Assembly: GCF_963921235.1 (NCBI RefSeq)
Contig: NC_086118.1
Span: 19,532,001-19,596,000 of the forward strand
Length of the DNA stretch: 64,000 nt
Source: Mobula hypostoma
Taxonomy: Eukaryota
Direction: 5' to 3'
Shown: positions 39,403-54,142 of the stretch, piece after piece
How positions within the stretch are numbered: the first letter of the stretch is position 1
Layout: each line of letters starts with the position of its first letter
The notes under the pieces: generated by a model
Database searches by the model: none
The model's input: only the letters and a program-made list of their open reading frames with translations
Told to the model about the DNA's origin: nothing
Program-made: the position numbers and the translations under genes

Positions 39403-40299
39403 TATTATTTCTGTTTTTGCACTATTTTAAATTTACCTATTGAATATACATATATATAATTACTGTAATTGATTTTCTTGTTTTTTTTCTATATTATCGT
39501 GTATTGCATTGTACTGCTGTCACTATTTTCATGACACATGCCGGTGATATTAAACCGGATTCTGATTCTGATTCTGATTCAGGTTCAATTGCGTTGTGTT
39601 CAAGTTGGCAGACCAGATGGATTTTGTCACTCAGTATATCAAACATGGCCACAGGTATAGGCAATCAATGGATTTTTGTGTACTTATGATATATGTGTGC
39701 CCAGAAACAGTCCTGACAACATTAATTTTGGGCATGTGAGATTTCTGCCCCCAGAAGCTTTTAGACTGTTTGTGTGAATTACTTTGTGATAAGGATGTTT
39801 GAACATTCAGAGATGTCTTGGTGTCTTGTCACTGTAAATATGTAATTCAAAGGAAGCATAGTCAACCAAACAAAAAGGAAATGATGTCATTGTAACTATT
39901 GGAATTGTATTGTATCAGCTACTGTTAGCTTTGATCTTAAGGGTATTAGAACATGATGTATTTTTGTTGTGAACATGTTGTGAACCTTACTGAGAGTGTC
40001 TCTGGAATGATATCTGCTTGTTGAGATGAATACAGACTTCTATAACACCAGCTTCAGTGTCTCTGGTGACTTTGATCACTGTCACAACAGGACAAAGTAA
40101 TTCACATGAATGTCTAAAAGCTTCTGAAGAGAGAGATCAAAATCACTTAAAATAAGAGTTACATGACTGGCTTTGGATACGTAAATACCAATTATCATGG
40201 CTCCATAAGCCGCTCTGTTTGGCCAAAGCACACAAGAATGTCTTGTGATCTTAAACATTGAATTCCCTAAAATCTGGTAATGAGTTCATTCTGTCCTTT

Positions 40300-40690
40300 T
40301 TGCCCTTCTGTTTTTTACCCTAGCTCCCATCACCCTAGTTCTTCCCCACCACCCTCAAATTCCTCCTAGTAGATACTTTCCCCACTTCATTCCTTTTATT
40401 CATGTTCCATTTTCCTCCCCCATCAAATTCCACCTTCTTCACTTTGTCACTTCCACCTATCAACTCCCAGCTTCGTATATAAATTCCACTGTCCTCCTAA
40501 ACCCACCCCCACCTCAATCCATTCTGTCCATACTTCTTGACCCCTTTCCCCTCCCTTTTTATACTGGCTTCCCCCTTTGTCCTTTCCAGTCCTGATGAAG
40601 GGTCTCAACCTAAAACTTTGTCCATCATTTCCATCCATAGATGCTGCCTGACCCACTGAGTTCCAGCAGCATGTATCATGTTGCTCCAGT
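40300..40690 (+). mobile_element. Penelope-like pLTR fragment with decayed hammerhead
   Basis: ttccagtcctgatgaagggtctcaacctaaaac...gatgctgcctgacc; the GAAA box is mutated. Confidence 0.75.
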
Positions 40691-42477
40691 CTCTTATGTC
40701 TGTCTTTACAGTCATGTTAACTTACAGATCATATCTCTTAAGCAGCCTCCTGCTGTGAGCCAGACTTTTAATTTTAATTTCAAAACTGATTACTACTTGA
40801 AATTTCTATAAAGCTATGTATGGTTCTCCTTTACATTAATGTCTACTGTATCTTAAACTTTATTTGTTGACTTGATGTCCCTCACCCTGACAGCCACCAG
40901 TGCCGCAACCATTGCTGAGACTGTGGACAGCAAGATGTTTATGGGCATGCATGATAAAATCCTTGATTCACTGAGAAATCTGAATTGACTGTCAAGGAGC
41001 GGAAGATTCAAAATTCAAAATTCAAGATTGCTTAGTGTCATTTCTACTATGCAAGTGTAAAGGGGAGTGAAATAATAGTGACTCTGGATCCAATATGGCC
41101 CAAAAAAATACACGATAAAATAAAGGATTCAATAATAAAAAAAAACACAATAAATATAAATACATTCGATAGCTTAATATACATATATTGATTGTATGTA
41201 CATGGAGTAACGCTGGGCATGGAAGTGCTTGTACATAAGGTGATGGACAGGAATTGATGAAGTTGTGGTGGTAGGGTGGAAGGGGTGTGGAGAAGTGAAG
41301 AAGGAACTCCAGCACTGATTGCAAGGAACTGGATGCAGGGTTTCCAGAGCAGAATAAACAGATCGGCAGGTTTAAACATTTGCATGGAAGTAATGTGGCT
41401 GACTACCGTTGTGGCTGTGGGTGAGCCACATAGAGACAGCTTAACAGCCACCGTACAGTGTCAGTGTGCTGCTGTCATAGCACCTCCTCCTTCCTGTGGA
41501 CTGGTGAAGTACAGTGCGTGAAGAAAGCTGTGATGTCTGTTGGGTATGCGACGCAAACTTAGTCCTTCAGGTTTGTAGCAATGGATTTTGGGGACAGAAC
41601 GGGAAATTGGGGGTCAGATTAGGGGTAGAGACAGGGACGAAGATACTGAGCAGTCACAAGCAGCAAATGAAGTGTTGGGTGGAGGAGCCGGAAGACAGAG
41701 TTCAGGTCAGAGTGCACCAAGGTGGAAGGCCAGCAGGCCCAAGAAGGACTGGTGATCCCGAAGGTCAGCAAGTATCAGAACTGGGGCCTCAACATCAGCT
41801 GGCAGGTCCTGAGGTTGGAGGCTTATGATCAGCATGTCCTGGGGTCAAAGTCAAAGATTGGTGAGATTGTGACCCTGAGTTTTGTTAAGTCTAGAGTTTG
41901 AAGCCTGATGTCTGTGAGTCCAGAGCCACGGTCTGGAAATCGCAGGCCTGGAGGCAACCTGTCCTAGGGTTGCAGGCCCATCTGTACATGTGGGTGGGAA
42001 AGGGGGTACATTTTGCAGTTGCTTGTTATATGCTAGTTTACCTGTTGTTCCGCTGAACATTGTGGCTATGCAGGCACCGGAATGATATTGACACTTGCGG
42101 GCTGCCTCCAGCACATCCCCAGTTTGTGCTAGCTGTTAACGCAACCAACACGTTTCACTGTTTCTGCGATTAATAAATAAATATAACCTAATCTAACTCC
42201 AAGGCTGGTACTGCAAGATTAAATAACATCTCTCAGTTTGCATCGCACAGTTTAACCAGTTGGGCTACGTGAGATAGCAGCCGTTTTCCAGTTAAAAGCT
42301 GTGTCCTTACAAGCATGGCTTGCCTCTTTACTACCCTGAGATAGTGCCACGCCAGTGGCTGCGGTGTGGCCAGTGAGACACACAAATCTGCAGATACACT
42401 GGCAGAATGCTCTTATACAATGTTACCTTGGCCTGTGTTGGTAGCACTTTGAGGTAGCATAACAAAAATCTAAACTT

Positions 42478-42540
42478 CCATTATAGATTATAGATTCAAT
42501 TATAGATCCCATTATAGATGATAGATTCCATTATAGATTC
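42478..42540. repeat. Short tandem repeat of (CC)ATTATAGAT(T) units
   Basis: Several imperfect copies of attatagat are directly visible. Confidence 0.8.
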
Positions 42541-42644
42541 AAACTTTGGATGGCTTTTGCAGCAAGACTTTCTGGGTTTGCAAATGTGTAAACAAACTGA
42601 TCATCAATTCTATTCTGGAAAGGTTAAGATTCAAGATTTGCATA

Positions 42645-42680
42645 TCCTGAAGAAGAGTCTCGGCTCGAAACTTCGACTGT
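42645..42680 (+). ncRNA. Minimal hammerhead motif in a short PLE pLTR fragment (to about 42740)
   Basis: TC-CTGAAGA-A-GAG-TCTCGG-CTC-GAAA-C-TTC-GACTG; the helix I 5' strand is truncated. Confidence 0.65.
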
Positions 42681-44177
42681 CTATTCATTTCCATCAATGC
42701 TGCCTGATCTGCTGAGTTCCTGCAGCATTTTGTGTGTGTTCAGGATTTGCACAAATCTGTGTACTGACTTCTCCCACAAAGCCATGACATTTTACACACA
42801 GCTCTTTCAATGTCCCAAGCATTCTGCTGTGCAGACATATCAGCCTTTGCTTATAGGGTGTCCTGTTGAATTCCTCATCTGAGAGTGCATCTGAGAGGAT
42901 AGTGAACCAATGGACACAGGCTTGTAGAACTGTTGCTGATAAAACTTATGTGCAATCTTCTTCAGCAAGAGAGAGAGAGAAGTCTGTTATTGCTTTATGT
43001 TGCAATGTATTTAGGTGAAATATCTGTTATATTGGAAAATCAGCAGTGACTTGGAAGTTGCAAGAAATGTATGTGAGTTTCAGGCTCTTGGCAACTCTAA
43101 GGGTGTAGTGAAATATATGCACCTAAGAGAGAAATTGTTTTGAGCGATGGCATTTAAAGAGTAGGGCAAGATGAATGAGTAAGAGAAATACAGATGGCAA
43201 AGGATTTGTTGTTAGCCTGTGCTAAATGTGCCTTTCCTCTGCATTCCATTCCAATGCTGAAATTTGATTCCAGTGACTTCAACAGAACCAAATTTCTAAG
43301 AGAAAGTGCAAGTACAGCTGATATTAAATTGCAGAATAAAATATAGACAATACAAGGCACTAAATTGCAGAATTAGCACTCCCACCCAAGAACAAATTCC
43401 TCCAACATCATTGACTGAGCATGAGCCACGCCAGAGGAAATCCCCTAATCTAAATTACAAATTGCAGTGTATTTCGAGGATGCAATGAATCTTGGACTTG
43501 AAGCCATTATTAATTACTTTGTGGTATATAACAACATTAACGTTCATCTATTAGACTGCAAGCAGGCTCTGAATTGCATGAATTGTTAAGCAGTGTCCTA
43601 TCACTACGAACTGCCAGCAGGTTTCAATTATTTGTTGCCTCCAGCTATTCCCTGTTGGTATAACTTATTTTGAATTATTCTTACTTGTCATATAATTCTA
43701 AGTTACTATTATCCTGCAAACATTTTACGGTGACATGATATGAACAATGTTCTCGGTCTCTTAGAAACAGCAAAAAAAAATCGAGGCTGAAAGAGGAATA
43801 CATTCCAATGAGTAAAATTTAGGTAGCAGTAGGAGCATTAATAATAGCATATTAGTAATCCTGCAAATCTACAATAAGCAATCCAAATATATAAAAACAC
43901 TGTTCATTCAAACTTCCTATATCTCAACAGCTTCTGCTAACATGGTGTCAGTTAGAAAGCCAAGACCTTGGGTTTTAAAGCCTACTACAATTAATTGTCT
44001 GGACTATGTCAAACTAAACACATCTTCCTGATGCTTTAATATTAGTTGCATTCCCTATACATATAAATACTGCCACCTAAAATCTCCTGAGCCTGCATTC
44101 TATGAGCAGTGGTTGTCCACGAAAGATTTATTGCTCCATTTAATTTTCCTGTCCAATTTAACTTTAAATGACAACAT

Positions 44178-44686
44178 CGAACCTGCCTCAACCACTTCTG
44201 CTGGAAGCTCGTTTCACACAGCTACCACTCTCTGAGTAAAGAAGTTCCCCCTCATGTCACTCCTAAACTTTTGCCCTTTAACTCTCAACTCATGTCCACT
44301 TGTTTGAATCTCCCCCACTCTCAATGGAAAAAGCCTATCCACGTCAAATCTATCTATCCCCCTCATAATTTTAAATACCTCTATCAAGTCCCCCCTCAAT
44401 CTTCTATGCTCCAAAGAGTAAAGACCCAACTTGTTCAACCTTTCTCTGTAACTTAGGAGGTGAAACCCAGGTAACATTCTAGTAAATCTTCTCTGTACTC
44501 TCTCAATTTTATTGACATCTTTCCAATAATTTGGTGACCAGAACTGTACACAATACTCCAAATTTGGCCTTACCAATGCCTTATACAATTTCAGTATTAC
44601 ATCCCAACTCCTATATTCAATGCTCTGATTTATAAAGGCCAGCATACCAAAAGCTTTCTTCACCACCCTATCCACATGAGATTCCA
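44178..44686 (-). mobile_element. CR1 ORF2 C-terminal fragment (open frame)
   Basis: HVDRVVKKAFGMLAFINQSIEYRSWDVILKLYKALVRPNLEYCVQFWSP...RGNFFTQRVV. Confidence 0.93.
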
Positions 44687-46130
44687 AAACAAATATGGAA
44701 GTGGTTGGAGCAGAGGAAGATGATGGCAATGTGAGGAAGAAGGAGGGAGAAAATAAAACTGTTAAAAGAAATGCAGGAGGTACCAAGTTTTCAAAAGTTA
44801 TTAATGGGGCAAGACAGCTCCAAAGAGAGAGTCAGGGTCCCTGAAGATCTTGAGCAGGGTAGCAGTGGTAGATTGATGGAAACTGAGCTACAGTCCACAG
44901 AAAACATCCAGTAAAGCGATGAAAGAGAGGATCTAAATAGATTGTTGAGTGGCTCCTGAATGGGGAGGGTGTGGGGAAGAAGTCATGGCACTAGATTCAA
45001 GTTCAAATGAATATTAGAAATGTGGATTAGTCACAGATTTCACAGCAATGAAGGGAAATGGTAAAATTGACCATATCAATCTACGTACAAAGAAAAAAAC
45101 AAAGCCTTGATTTGCATCACTTTTCATGACCTCAAACTATCCTAAAGCACTTTCACAGCAAATGGTGTTCTTGTGAAGTTTAGCTACACTTGACAAGTAG
45201 AAAATGCACAGCAAATTTATGCACAACTGTCTTTAAAATAAAATGTGATATTGATCATATAGTCTGTTTTACTGATGCTGATTAAAAGATAATTACCAGT
45301 TAAGAACTAGAATTAGCCATAGTTTCTTTTTAATAATGCCTGAGGGGCACTATATTGTACCAAGTAAAGTTTGGAATCAGCGGACAACATCTTCCTAACT
45401 TCAAACTAGACCTGATTAGTAAACTGGGATGCATCCTATCTACAATAAATTAAATGCTCTTTTAAGTGAAACCACAACACAGAGCTCTATGCATTTTAAA
45501 CCATGAAAGCAATAAGCTGTAGACAGATCTAAATAATCGAACCAATCAGATCAAGCCCCTACAATTCTGCTGCATCCACTTATGAATGTTAGTTGACAAT
45601 TAAACAATGAATGAAAGAGGTGGCTCCCTGAGCATCAAGGATGATCTGACCAGTAGATCATTACATACAACAAAGTGTAATATTTGCAGTCATCTTCAAA
45701 CAGAAGTCACAAATGATTGATTCACCATGGACATCTCCACTGTCCTGACTATCATATTTTTCTCAAAACATGCAGCATCCATTTCCAGCATCTGAAGTCT
45801 CTTACATTGTCAAGGGATGGTTAAGTGCACTAGCTGTGAGCATTGAAACATCTCTTTTGCACCACTGAAGATGTGCTTCAGGATTAGCTGTGCCTCAACT
45901 TAGCTATTACTGCATAGCAACAATCCTAGCATGTAGGATATTGTGGACAGTTTAAATTCAAAGTGGTAAATTATTTACCCGACAAGCTCCTTCCAAGTGA
46001 CAAATTGACAGCAGGAGCTGTCAAGTGGCATTTATTCATTAAAGTTGTTTCCATCTATTATGTCCAAAAGTGGAGATGTTTATTGATCGTGTTTCTGTCC
46101 ATTCACCCTATGGACGGAAATATATATACA

Positions 46131-46581
46131 TAGTGGTGTTAGAAAGCTTGTGAACTCTGTAGAATTTTCTCTGTTTCTGCATAAATATGACTTAAGTGTG
46201 ATTAGACCTTCATGTAACTCCTAAAACTAGATAAAGAGAACTCAATTAAATACATAACATTTTAAAAAATTATACATTCGTTTATGCAGAAATAGACCTT
46301 ACACCTCCAATGTCATCTCATTGATTGGAACACATGACTCCAAATAGCTTTTGTAGAAGGCAATACCTCAGAGGTTCATATACTTTTACCAACAAATACA
46401 TGTAGTATTGGATCTTTTTTCTCAATAAATAGATGAACAAGTATAATGTTTTATGTTATTTATTAAATTGGGTTCTCTTTATCTACTTTTAGGACTTGGG
46501 TAAAGATCTGATCACATTTTAAGTTATACTTATGCACAACCAGAGAAAATTCTACATGGTTCACAAACCTTCTAGCACCTA
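46131..46581. mobile_element. Tc1-derived MITE
   Basis: Long imperfect inverted ends (gtggtgttagaaagcttgtgaac..tagaattttctc / gagaaaattcta..ttcacaaaccttctagcacc) in a TA-rich context. Confidence 0.75.
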
Positions 46582-46594
46582 TATACTAGATATA

Positions 46595-48190
46595 TAATGC
46601 CTATAAAAGGTATTCCCCCCACCCCCGGAGGTTTTCATGTTTTATTGTTTTACAACATTAAATCACAGTGGATTTAATTTAGCTTTTTTGACACTGATTA
46701 ATGAAAACAGACTCTCTTGTGTCAAGGTGAAAACAGTTCTCCACAAAGTGATCTAAATTAATTACAAATATCAAACACATAATACTTGATTGCATAAGTA
46801 TTCACCCCCTTCGAGTCTGTATGTAGTAGATGCACTTTTGGCAGCAATTACAGCCTTGAGTCTGTGTGGAGAGGTCTCTGTAAGCTTTGTAGATCTGGAC
46901 ACTGCAATTTTTCCACATTCTTCTTTATAAAGTCTCTCAACCTCTGTCAGATTGCATGGAGTTCGTGAGTGAACAGTCCTTTACAAATTCTCAATTGGAT
47001 TGAGGTCTGAACTCGAAATTGTCCACTCCAGGACATTAACTCTGTTGTTCTCAAGCTATTCCTGTGTAGCTTTGGCTTTATGCTTGGGGTCATTGTCTTG
47101 CTGGAAAACAAATCTTCTCCCAAATCTCAATTCTCTCGCAGAGTGCATTAGGTTTTCCTGCAGGATTTCAATGTACTTTGCTGCGTTCATTTGACCCTCT
47201 ACCTTCACATGCCTTCCAGGGCCTGCTACAGTGAAGCATCCCCACAGCATGATACAGCCACCACCATGCTTCACAGTAGGGATGGTATGTTTTTGATGAT
47301 GTACGGTAATTGGCTTACGCCAAACATAGTGTTTAGTCTGAAGGGCAAAAAGCTTAATTTTGTTTTCTTCCTTCCTCCAGCTGATTTAAGAGTCTCCCAC
47401 ATGCCTTCTGGCAAACTCTAGCTGATATTGCTTGCGAGTTTTTTTTAAGAGTGGCTTTCTCTTTGCCAGTCTCCCATAAAGCTGTGACTGATGAAGCAGC
47501 AGAGCAACAGTTATTGTATGTGCAGTCAGCCACTGAAGCTTGTAACTCCTCCAGAGTTGTCATAGGTTTTTTGGTGGCCTCCCTCACTAGTCCCCTTCTT
47601 GCACAGTCACTCAGTTTTTGAGGACGGCCTGCTCTAGACAGAGTTGCATCTGTGTCATATTCTTTCCACTTCTTGATGACTGACTTAACTATACTCCAAG
47701 TGATATTCAGCATCTTGGAAATTTTCTTGCATCCACCTCCTAACTTGTGCTTTTCAATAACCTTTTCTCAGAGCTGCTTGGAGTGTTCTTTTGTCTTCAT
47801 GGTGTAGTCTTTGCCAAGATACTGACTCACCAGCAGTTGAACCTTCCAGATACAGGTGTATTTTTACTACAATCAATTGAAACATCTTGGCTGCACCCAG
47901 ACCTCCATTTAACTAATTATGTGGCTTCTAAAACCAACTGGCTGCACCAGTGATGATTTGGTGTGTCATATTAAAGGGGGCGGTGGGCTGAATATTTATA
48001 CAATCAATTATTTTGTAATTTATATTCGTAATTAATTTAGATCACTGTGTTTAGATCTGTTTTCGTTTTGACACAAAAGAGTCTTCTGTTAATCAGTGTC
48101 AAAAAAGACAAATTAAATCCATTGTGTTCAATGTTGTAAAACAATAAAACATGAATGTTTTCAAGGGAGATGAAGACTTTTTATAAACTT
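46595..48190 (-). pseudogene. Near full-length degenerate Tc1 transposon (IR/DR type)
   Basis: LNITWSIVKSVIKKWKEY..RAGRPQKLS (HTH) and KHGGGCIMLWGCF..FQQDNDPKH. About 200-bp inverted ends. Frameshifts and stops. Confidence 0.9.
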
Positions 48191-49404
48191 TATTTAAATA
48201 TATAAATTTCATTCCCACATGCAATGTGATTGAAACAAAAGCTGGGCTGATGAAGGACAAGAAATATTTGTGCTGCACTATCCCCAACAGAGGAGAGTCT
48301 AATAACCTATCTGATAATCAGCAGTGGTACTTCCTTTGTGTTCCCTGCCACCTGCACCCATAGGGTTGAAGTGTAGAAGAGGTGATAGTCACTGACTGGA
48401 AAACGCAACTCCCAAGCATGTGTTGTGGCCACAGAAATAGGTCAGCATCTTGTTGTTCAGTAGCATTTAACTCACCTCACGACTCCCAATAGCTCTTCCA
48501 CTATCCGAAATACACAACTGAAAAGAACTGATAGGTGAATGGAGCTCCAACAATAAGGAAATTCATCATTGGCCTGTCCATTCCCTCCATCACCAGTGTA
48601 CTATTGTTTCAATGTCATTATCTAAAATGTCATAGAGTCATAGTGAATTATCGCATGGAAACAGTCCTTCTACCATCAAGAAAACCAACCATTAAGACAC
48701 ATTTACATCAATCCTAGACTAATCCCATTGTTTTTCTCCAGACACTCTCAACAATTTCCTCAAGATTCTAGTGTCCATTCAACATAATGGATAGTTTACA
48801 GTGGTCAATTAACCTACAAAATGCTCTCTTTTGGATATTGTGGAAACAGTAACACTCAGAGGAAATCCATCAGGTCACAGGAAGGGCGTCAAAACTCCCT
48901 TCCTGAGCACCAGAGACTAGGAACAAACCAGGTCAATGATTTTCTGAGACAAGCTGTGATGCTGTGCCATCTAAAAGTGTACTGCAATAACTTGCCAAAA
49001 ATTCTTCGTCAAGACTTCACAAACTACAATCTGAATCATTAGAGTATCAGTCTCATGACAACAGCAAAACCCACAAGGCCTGGATACTTCCTCAGCAACG
49101 ACTCTTACCTCTACAATTAATCTCCATATTCATCCTACATGCAGAGGATAACTAATTTCTTTGCATCAAATTTGCCAACCTATTCTCACACTAACTCTCC
49201 TCCTTTTTAGTTTTGCACTTCTCTCTATTCACCCGCTTCTTCTCCTGTTGTCAAAATTATATTGGTCATTTGCTCTCTTTACCTCTTGCATCAGCCAAAG
49301 AGCTCCACTTTTCATTTTATTGCATTTTCATTTATGAGAAACTAGATTTTACTCAAAGCAGCTCTTCATTTAAAGCAGCACATCCTTCCATTCCACCTGA
49401 GAGT

Positions 49405-52400
49405 TTCAAAGGTCAAAGTGAATTTATTATCAGAGTACATATATATCACTATATACTACCCTGAGGTTTATTTTTTGCAGGCATTCACAGCAAATACAAA
49501 GGAACACCATAGAACCAATGAAGAACCTCACACAACAAGATGGACGAACAACAAATGTGCAAAAGACAACAAACTGTGCAAATAAAAAGACTAAATAATA
49601 ATAAAAAAATAAATAAGCAATAAATATCGAGAACATAAGAACATAAGAAATAAGAGCAGCAGTCAGCCATCTGGCCCATTGAGCCTGCGTCACCATTCAA
49701 TAAGATCATGGCTGATCTGACCATAGACTCATCTCCACCTACCTGCCTTTTCCCCATAACCCTTAATTCCCCTACTATGCAAAAATCTATCCAACCTTGT
49801 CTTAAATATATTTACTGAGGTAGCTCCCACTGCATTATTGGGCACAGAATTCCACAGATTCCCCACTCTCTAGGAAAGGTAGTTCCTCCTCATCTCCATC
49901 CTAAATCTACTCTCCCGAATCTTGAGGCTATGTCCCTTAGTTCTAGTCTCACCTACCAGTGAAAACAACTTTCCTGCCTCTATCTTATCTACCCCTTTCA
50001 TAATTTTATATGTTTCTATAAGATCTCTTCTCATTCTTTTGAATTCCAGTGAGTACAGTCCCAGGTGACTCAATCTCTCCTCATAGTCCAAACCCTCACC
50101 ATTGGAATCAACCTGGTGAACCTCCTCTGCACTGCCTCTAAAGCCAATATATCCTTCCTCAAGTATGGAGACCAGAACTGCATGCAGTACTCCAGGTGCG
50201 GCCTCACCAGTACCCTGTACAATGGCAGCATAACCTCCCTGCTCTTAAATTCAGTCCTTTTAGCAATGAAGGCCAACATTCCATTTGCCTTCTCGATAGC
50301 CTGCTGCACCTGCAAACCAACCTTTTGTGATTCATGCACCAAGCACTCCCAAGTCACTCTGCACAGCAGCATGCCGCAATCTTTTACCATTTAAATAATA
50401 ATCTACTCTTTCATTTTTCCTTCCAAAGTGGATGACCTCACATTTACCAACATTGCACTCCATCTACCAGACCCTTGCCCACTCACTTAACCCATCTATA
50501 TCTCTCTGCAGACTCTCCGTATCTTCTGCACAATTTGCTTTTCCACTCAATTTAGTATCATCATCAAACTTAGATACACTGTACTTGGTCCCCTCTTCCA
50601 GATCATTAATATATATCATGGAAACATAGAAAAGCTACAGCACAATACAGGCCCTTTGGCCCACAAAGTTGTGCCGAACATGTCCCTACCTTAGAAATTA
50701 CTAGGGTTATGCATAGCCCTCTATTTTTCTTAGTTAAATGTACCTATCCAAAACTCTCTTAAAATACCCTATCGTATCCATCTCCACCACCGTCGCCGGC
50801 AGCCCACTCCACGCACTCACCACTCTCTGCATAAAAAACTTACCCCTGACATCTCCTCTGTACCTACTCCCAAGCACCTTAAATCTGTGCCCTCTTGTGG
50901 CAACCATTTCAGCCCTGGGAAAAAGCCTCTGACTATCCACACATATCTGACTATCTGACTATTGTAAATGGTTGTGGGTCCAGCACCAATCCCTGCGACA
51001 CACCATTCACCACTGATTGCCAACCAGAGTAACACCCATGTATCCCAACCCTCTGCTTTCTATTGGTTAACTAATCCCCTATCCGTGCTAATCCATCACC
51101 CCCAACTCTATGCATCCTTATCTTATGGATGTCTTTTATGCGGTACCTTATCGAATGCCTTCTGGAAATCCAAGTTCCCCTCTATCCACTCCGCTCAGTA
51201 TACCCACAAAGAACTCCAGTAAGTCTGTGAAACAGGGCCTGTCTTTTCTGAATCCATGAAAATGAGATGAAGAATCCTTGAAAGTGAGTCCACAGATTGT
51301 GGGAACAGTTCAGTGTTGGGACGAGTCAGGTTATCCCCTCTCGTTCAAGAGCCTGATAGTTGAGGGATAATAACTATTCCTGAACCCAGAAGTATGCGTT
51401 CTGATGCTCCTGTACTTCCTTTCTGAAGGCAGCAGTAAGAAGACCATAGCATGAGTGTTTAGTGTCCTTGATGATGGGTGCTGCTTTCCTGCGACAGCGC
51501 TTCTTGTGGATGAGCTCAATGGTGGGGAAGGCTTTATGTGTGATAGACTGGACAGTATCCATTACTTTCTGTAGGCTTTTCCATTCAAGGACATTGGTGT
51601 TTCCATGCCAGGCTGTGATGCAACCAGTCAGTATACTCTCCATTACGTAGCTATAGAAGATTCTTTGCAAACTTCTAAGAAAGCAGAGCCACTGCTATGC
51701 TTCTTTTGTAATGGTACTTTTGTGCTGATCCCAGAACAGATTCTCTGAAATGATAATGGTGAGGAATTTAAAGTTGCTGCCCCTCTCCACCTCTGATCCC
51801 CCAATGAGGACTGGCTCATCAGCTCTGGTTTCCTCCTCCCAAATTCAATAATCAGCTCTTTGATTTTGCTGACAGTGAGTGAGGGGTAATTGTTGTGGTA
51901 TCACTCTGCTGGATTTTCAGTCTCACTCCTTTTTGCTGGCTCATCGCTTTGATTTGGCCAATGACAGTGGTGCCATCAGCAAACTTAAACATGGTATTGG
52001 AGCTGTGCTTAGCCTCTCAGTCATAAGTATAAAGTGAGTAAAACAGGGGGCTGATGGTGATTGTGAAGGAGGTGCTGTTGCCAATCTATAATGACCAGGG
52101 TCTGCAAGTGACGAAATTGAGGATCCAGTTGCACAGGGAGGTATTGAGGCAAGCTCCTGGAGCTTATTGATTAGTTTGGAGGGGATTATAGTACTGAATG
52201 CAGAGCTGTAATCAATGAAGAGCATCCTGATATTTACATCTTCACTGTTCAGATGTTCCAGGGTTGAGTGAAGAGCCAATGAAATACCATCGGCTGTTGA
52301 CCTCTTGCACCGATAGGCAAACTAGAGCAGATTTAAGTCACTCCTCAGGCAGGAGTATACATGTTTCATCACCAATCTCTCAAAGAACTTCATTATAGTG

Positions 52401-52690
52401 GATTAGTGCTACTATACAATAGTTATTGAGGCAGGGTACCAGGTTCTTCTAGGGCAGTGGTATAACTGAAGCCTGCTTGATGCAGATGGGTACCTCAGAC
52501 TACCAAAGCAAGAGGTTAAAATTAACAGTAAACAGCTAGGTGATCAGCACAGGTCTTTAGTACTCGACCAGCTACCCCGTCTGGGCCGGATGCTTTCCAT
52601 GGGTGCAACCTCTTGAAGGGTACTCTCACATCGGACTCTGAGACTGAAATCGCAGGGCCATTGCAAACTACAGGAACTTGTGAAGGTGGC
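49405..52690 (-). mobile_element. Rex1/Babar LINE interrupted by CR1 copies
   Basis: 3' UTR at 49405-49630 resumes at about 51258; FYSYVMESILTGCITAWHG; RMLFIDYSSAFSTIIP. Confidence 0.88.
49630..51257 (-). mobile_element. CR1 LINE with a second CR1 3' end nested at about 50618-50945
   Basis: Tail aacataagaacataagaaa; KANGMLAFIAKRTEFKSREVMLPLYRVLVRPHLEYCMQFWSP. The nested copy reads LFPRAEMVATRGHRFKV and has its own 3' UTR. Confidence 0.88.
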
Positions 52691-52694
52691 TTTG

Positions 52695-53130
52695 TTCACA
52701 TTAGAACAAAGAAATACCATAGAGTCAATGAAAAATTATACGCAAAGCCTGACAAACAGCCAGTGTACAAAATATGTAAATACAAAAAAACTATAACAAT
52801 AAATACATAGTAAATAAATTGTACTGAGAACATAAGTTGTAGAATCCTTGATAGTGAGTCTATAGCTTGTGGAATCAGTTCAGTGTTGAAGTGAGTGAAA
52901 TTATCTCTGCTGGTTCAGGAGCCTGATAGTTAACAGGTAATAATTATTCCTGAACCTGGTGATGTGGGAACAAAATACCTCCTTTCAAATGGCAGCAGTG
53001 AGAAGAGAGCATGGAATTGACGCTGGGAATCCTTGAAAAGGGATGCTGCATTCTTGTGGTAGCACTCCATGTAGATGTTCTCAAAGGTGGTGCGGGCTTC
53101 TCCTGTGAAGAACTGAGCTCTGTCTCCAAA
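52695..53130 (-). mobile_element. Rex/Babar 3' fragment
   Basis: 3' UTR similar to 49440-49630 and 51260-51560. Confidence 0.7.
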
Positions 53131-54099
53131 TTACCAGGGGCAGGTCCCACTTGAATTTATTGAAATGAGTACTCTTGGTAATGTTACTTAATCTTTCTTC
53201 CTATCCTTCCCTCTAACAAACCTTGAGATGCCCTTCCATTGTATTTTCTTCTCGATCCAAGTCATTTCTTAAGACTAGATCCAGTTCTGCCTGATTTATT
53301 ACTGTGCAGCTGGACATCAAGATATTGTGTTATAAAGCAGAACCAAGGTGTCCAAAAGACATTGATGAGTCTCCTAAAAATTCCACCTCCGTACAATGCC
53401 ACCCACTATTAGTGTGGTGGATTATGCAGCACTTTCCTCCTGAGTATATATTTAGCTTCTTATCACTATCTTGTGATTTATAATATAAACCCAAAAACAG
53501 AAAAATTTCCTTGTTTCTTAATTCCAACTAAATAGATTCAATCTTAGATCCCTCAGGGATGTTGTATGTTCCCTTTCTGTAGCTTTATATTTTTCTTACT
53601 CAACACTGTTACACATCTCCTTTTCCTTTCCTTGCTTTATTGCTTTATTATCTCGTACCTGTGAAGATTAAATAATGAACTGACCGTCTTTTGAGCTAGG
53701 ACTCACTGATCACCTCTATATCCTGTTTCCATATGCCCTATTATTAAGCATATGTTGTTTAGTTATGCTCAAGCACTGTAAGTCTAATGTGTATGTTTTT
53801 ATGAATCATCACACCTAGTTTTGTTATTCTCATCATAACTGCCTCTCCCACATTCTGTACTCCTTGTATTTGCTTTCTTCAGTAAAACAAAATAAAACCC
53901 AACCCCCCCCCCCCGGTGTTTAAATTAACTTTGAAATTAAGGAGGATATAACTCTGTTTACATATGTAACTTGTTAATATTGATCATGTTTCCTATTACA
54001 AACGTCCATACATAATGAAAAAGGATCTAGTGCTTTCCCAGCATATACAACAAATAAACTCTTCTTGGGCTTTCAGCCGGGTACAGGTATCGATTTTAG

Positions 54100-54142
54100 C
54101 CGAGGTTTCAATGACAAAATCAGCCACCTTCATCAGGGATGA
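54100..54142 (-). ncRNA. Hammerhead-like motif (inverted pLTR copy)
   Basis: Reverse complement reads CTGATGA-A-GGTGGCTGATTTTGTCATT-GAAA-C-CTC. Confidence 0.55.
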